Assembly (NCBI GenBank): GCA_035286205.1
Contig: JAYKIP010000432.1
Location: forward strand, 1-33,375
DNA: 33,375 nucleotides
From: Merismopediaceae cyanobacterium
GTDB lineage: Bacteria; Cyanobacteriota; Cyanobacteriia; Cyanobacteriales; Microcystaceae
Direction: 5' to 3'
Below the pieces are notes generated by a model. It made no database searches. It was not told the DNA's origin and worked only from the letters and a program-made list of their open reading frames with translations. Numbering within the stretch: position 1 is the first letter of the stretch; each line of letters starts with the position of its first letter. Position numbers and translations under genes: made by a program. This document shows positions 33,150-33,375 of the stretch, piece after piece.

Positions 33150-33375
33150 TCTTAATCCTCTGATTGCTGTTACAACGGCTCTTAAGTCCCACGCGATCCA
33201 TGGTGAAAATCTTAACCTGAGCGATCGCTGTTGTGGAGAATTGCTGTTAAAACCCACATTCCGTACATAAAAGAAGAACAAAGAAAATAAGAAAAGCCCC
33301 TATGACAAAAGATAATACTGGCAAGTAGTAGCCCCGAAAAAGCGTAAAAGCCTCTCTCGCTCAAGCGTTAGATTG

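Noticed and set aside
32978-33201. Two ORFs (61 aa on the plus strand, 70 aa on the minus strand) at the right edge
   Set aside because: Both run through the tRNA-Ser gene (33065-33149), and the tRNA cloverleaf is far better supported.

Overview
This window looks like ordinary cyanobacterial chromosome. The evidence is very frequent HIP1 palindromes (GCGATCGC, e.g. 1652-1659, 2821-2828, 14394-14401, 33221-33228), the phycobilisome core gene apcF, ycf66, a WCGLC TrxC-type thioredoxin and a lumenal pentapeptide-repeat protein. I support about 33 protein genes plus one tRNA-Ser(UGA). Most are housekeeping or signalling genes:
- Lipid, cofactor and amino-acid metabolism: plsY, nadD, menC, ppx, hom, aroH-type chorismate mutase, a CBS-like cysteine synthase and a CruF-like carotenoid protein.
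- Hydrogenase maturation: hypC-hypD.
- Signalling: an NrtR-like Nudix regulator, a PATAN response regulator, a hybrid histidine kinase with a REC-GGDEF regulator, and a MASE1-GGDEF cyclase.
- Transport, processing and repair: an orphan amino-acid-binding protein, an orphan ABC ATPase, a signal peptidase I fusion, an EVE-domain protein and an XPB-like helicase.

I saw no transposase, integrase, CRISPR array, restriction-modification genes, toxin-antitoxin pair or recognisable defence system, so no clear novel system stands out.

The most unusual structure is a co-directional minus-strand cluster (26397 to 18621): hybrid kinase, REC-GGDEF, HAD hydrolase, a signal peptidase I with a duplicated polytopic N-terminal module, and an ABC-2-type ATPase with no permease. 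Two short tandem-repeat arrays sit exactly in its intercistronic gaps.

Other points worth a second look:
- A 486-nt structured non-coding stretch upstream of apcF.
- A cluster of G/C-run hairpin repeats between apcF and hom.
- A degenerate receiver domain in the PATAN regulator.
- A degenerate Nudix box in the NrtR-like protein.
- AT-rich sequence at both window edges.

All functional calls rest on motifs read by eye from the translations. No database search was possible.
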